DNA from: Paraspadella gotoi
Lineage: Eukaryota; Animalia; Chaetognatha
Length of the DNA: 64,000 nucleotides
Direction of reading: 5' to 3'
Assembly (NCBI GenBank): GCA_051294375.1
Contig: CM119264.1
Coordinates: forward strand, 12,216,263-12,280,262
The notes under the pieces were generated by a model, which saw nothing but the letters and a program-made list of their open reading frames with translations, was not told the origin of the DNA and did not search any database. How positions within the stretch are numbered: the first letter of the stretch is position 1; every line of letters begins with the position of its first letter. The position numbers and the translations under genes are program-made. Positions 61,771 through 64,000 of this stretch are shown one piece after another.

Positions 61771-63316
61771 ATGGCGGCCCTGTTAAACATAGAGAGTTTT
61801 TTCTCGGCTTTGACGGGGGAAAGGCAGCTGGAGATCGATTTTCCCCACGATCAGTATTTCCGAAAAGTGGGCGTGTTCGTCCGGCTTCTCTTCGCCGCTG
61901 TGTTGATCGGTTGCGGCTTCGGAACTTCCGTAACCTGTTACCCACCAGGTCCGCTCTTTTGCAAGTCTTTCTTCTCGTAAGATTTTTCTAAATTTACAAA
62001 TTTATTGTGGAAAAGAAAAAAATCATAGACCCATAGCCTGTCCAAAAAATGGATCATTTTTGTATTGTTGGTACAAAAATCATTTGTGTTAACATAATTG
62101 ATTGTTGCAAAGATTTATGAGAAAAAAATTCAAAACGAAATTTTTGGCGTAATCTTATCATTCTTATTCTCGAAACTCCATATCAATTTATCTCTCCAAC
62201 CATCCCCAACCCCCCCGCCACGCCCCCACCGAAAAAGCCAACTCAACGTACTTGGGCGCCAACGAAAAAATCGAGGAGCTTCGCGCCTCCTTCGTCAACG
62301 CCTATTGTTTCTCGAGCGGGTCGTACCGAAGAGTCGAGAACGAAACCAACCAAATCGGCGAGGCGGAGCTCTATCTCTTCAATTACTACCCTTACGCTCT
62401 CATTCTAGAGGTTAGGGACGAATGTTTCAATATTTCGATGTAAATTAAATTGTTTTCTTCCCTACTTGTTTTATTTATATAGCTGAACCATCGTGATTTG
62501 CAGGATTTTGTCTCTAGACTTTAAATTGGATGGACTAAGTAAAATGTTTTTCTGTCGATTGAAATATATTTTTTTAATAAAGAGCCCACGGTCCCACATT
62601 GCATCATTTATAGTATTATTGTTATTTTAATAATAATGCACCGATAGGTCAAATCTTTATGAAACTAACTCAGGCGTTCCTGGCCAACCTACCATACATC
62701 CTCTACGCGGTTGCGACTCGCGCACGCATCCAGCCGGTGCTGGCGGAGGCGGCGGACATGGTGCTGCTCACCAGCGGCGCTTTCGAGGTTGTCGGAGAGA
62801 GGAGGAAGAGGAAGAGATCGAGGGGCGACGACGGGGGGTTGGAGGAAGAGGAAGAAGAGGAGGAAGATGACTCGGATTTCTCCGAAGACGAGAATCATTA
62901 CGCCAAAAGGTAAGAAACATGTGGCAATGCGGAGTTGCTTTTTACTAAAGTTTGTTATAACTTACATATATTGATTGACAAAAAAATTAGTTATTATTTA
63001 TCTCTCTTCCCCCTATAGCCTCCAAACCAGCATGAAAAAGCGTCTTTACGCCAAAATGTCTCTCTTCGTGACGCAGCGGCTCCTGGTGACGCAAGGATCT
63101 CAACTCATTGACTTTTACTGCGTCTGCCATCTCGTCGTCAAGGGCGTCGTCGTCGTCGCACAAATCGTCGTCGCCGTCGTAATGTTTTACTTCTCCTTTC
63201 CCTTTCCCTGGCAATTGAGCTGCCCTCTGTCGGAGGCCTTGCGACGAGACACAGAGCTGGAGGTTGTTAATAAGTGAATAAGTTGCCACTAAATTTTTGA
63301 AAATCATCTTGTCCAT

Positions 63317-63404
<88 letters not shown>

Positions 63405-63948
63405 GAGGTCACGTGCCTCTTCCCTTACAATCAGTGGATCTTCGCTTTCGTCGTCATCGACATCGGGCTCACTTGTTTTCTTCCGCTCGTCTCCTTCGCG
63501 ATGCACTTCCGGTTTTGGAGGATCAACTTTTACGAAGGCCTCTTCCAAGCGTCTTATCTCGTGCATCCCAACACGAGGAAGACGTTCAGGGAATTCGTCA
63601 CTCACATCTGTACCTTCCGAGTCGGTAAGTAAAGTGTCCTTGCGTTCGTACTTTCGGAGTGGAAACTGTCAGTAACGGAGCGTTGCTCCAGGAAACGGTC
63701 GCCAGGGTCGCCGAGTTGACGATCTCCGCCTCATTCTCGCTCTCCTGCACTCGAACGTGGATCAGTTCATAGCTAACAAAATCATGACAGTCTACGCCGG
63801 ACGCTTCCACTTCGAGAAAAGCGACAAACTTCCGCTCGACGCCGAATCGTGCGGCGCCACTTGCGGTGCCTGCGTCGCTGCTTTGAGGCCTAAGCTACGT
63901 CAACCAGAATGGAATTCGCGAGGATACGAACCCGCGAATCTCGAATAG
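61771..63948 (+). CDS. Pannexin/innexin-family large-pore channel, multi-exon
   Basis: Four hydrophobic segments with two Cys per extracellular loop (VTCYPP..FVNAYCF; LSCPL..EVTCLFP). Also LYLFNYYPYALILE|AFLANLPY and C-terminal DDLRLILALLHSNV. Confidence 0.75.
63325..63401. repeat. (CT)n microsatellite running directly into a splice acceptor
   Basis: (CT)n is followed immediately by CAAG|GAGGTC, so the array serves as the polypyrimidine tract. Confidence 0.9.
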
Positions 63949-64000
63949 AACGGGGATGGAAGGTAAGTTAAGTAACTGATGGCGAAGGACTATCGACGGC

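Overview
Eukaryotic, animal-type genomic DNA with short spliceosomal introns, probably a compact-genome invertebrate with motile cilia; the taxon cannot be fixed from sequence alone. No CRISPR array, rRNA or tRNA was recognised. Positions 1-47.5 kb form a dense block of mostly minus-strand housekeeping and proliferation genes: MCM7 (5' part), PARPBP, ARF1, INIP, an intronless protein with two apparently inactive DEDDy exonuclease domains, PRPF40A, JMJD4, a Smac/DIABLO homolog, DNAAF1 (+ strand), RPL36A, an unknown protein with a MADS-like N-terminus, nucleolin, a p107/p130-type RB protein, MFSD5 and CHAF1A. Positions 48-64 kb are looser and microsatellite-rich, with a 5-Kunitz inhibitor, an astacin-ShK protease and a pannexin/innexin-family channel. 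Introns carry small non-autonomous transposons, including two inverted-repeat elements with minimal hammerhead ribozyme motifs. The most notable items are an operon-like DIABLO>JMJD4>PRPF40A run (14-nt CDS overlap, then a 51-nt spacer), the double pseudo-exonuclease, the MADS-like protein lacking basic DNA-binding residues, the hammerhead elements and two unexplained structured non-coding segments. Gene calls come from manual translation and remembered family motifs, not database searches, and exon boundaries are manual estimates.
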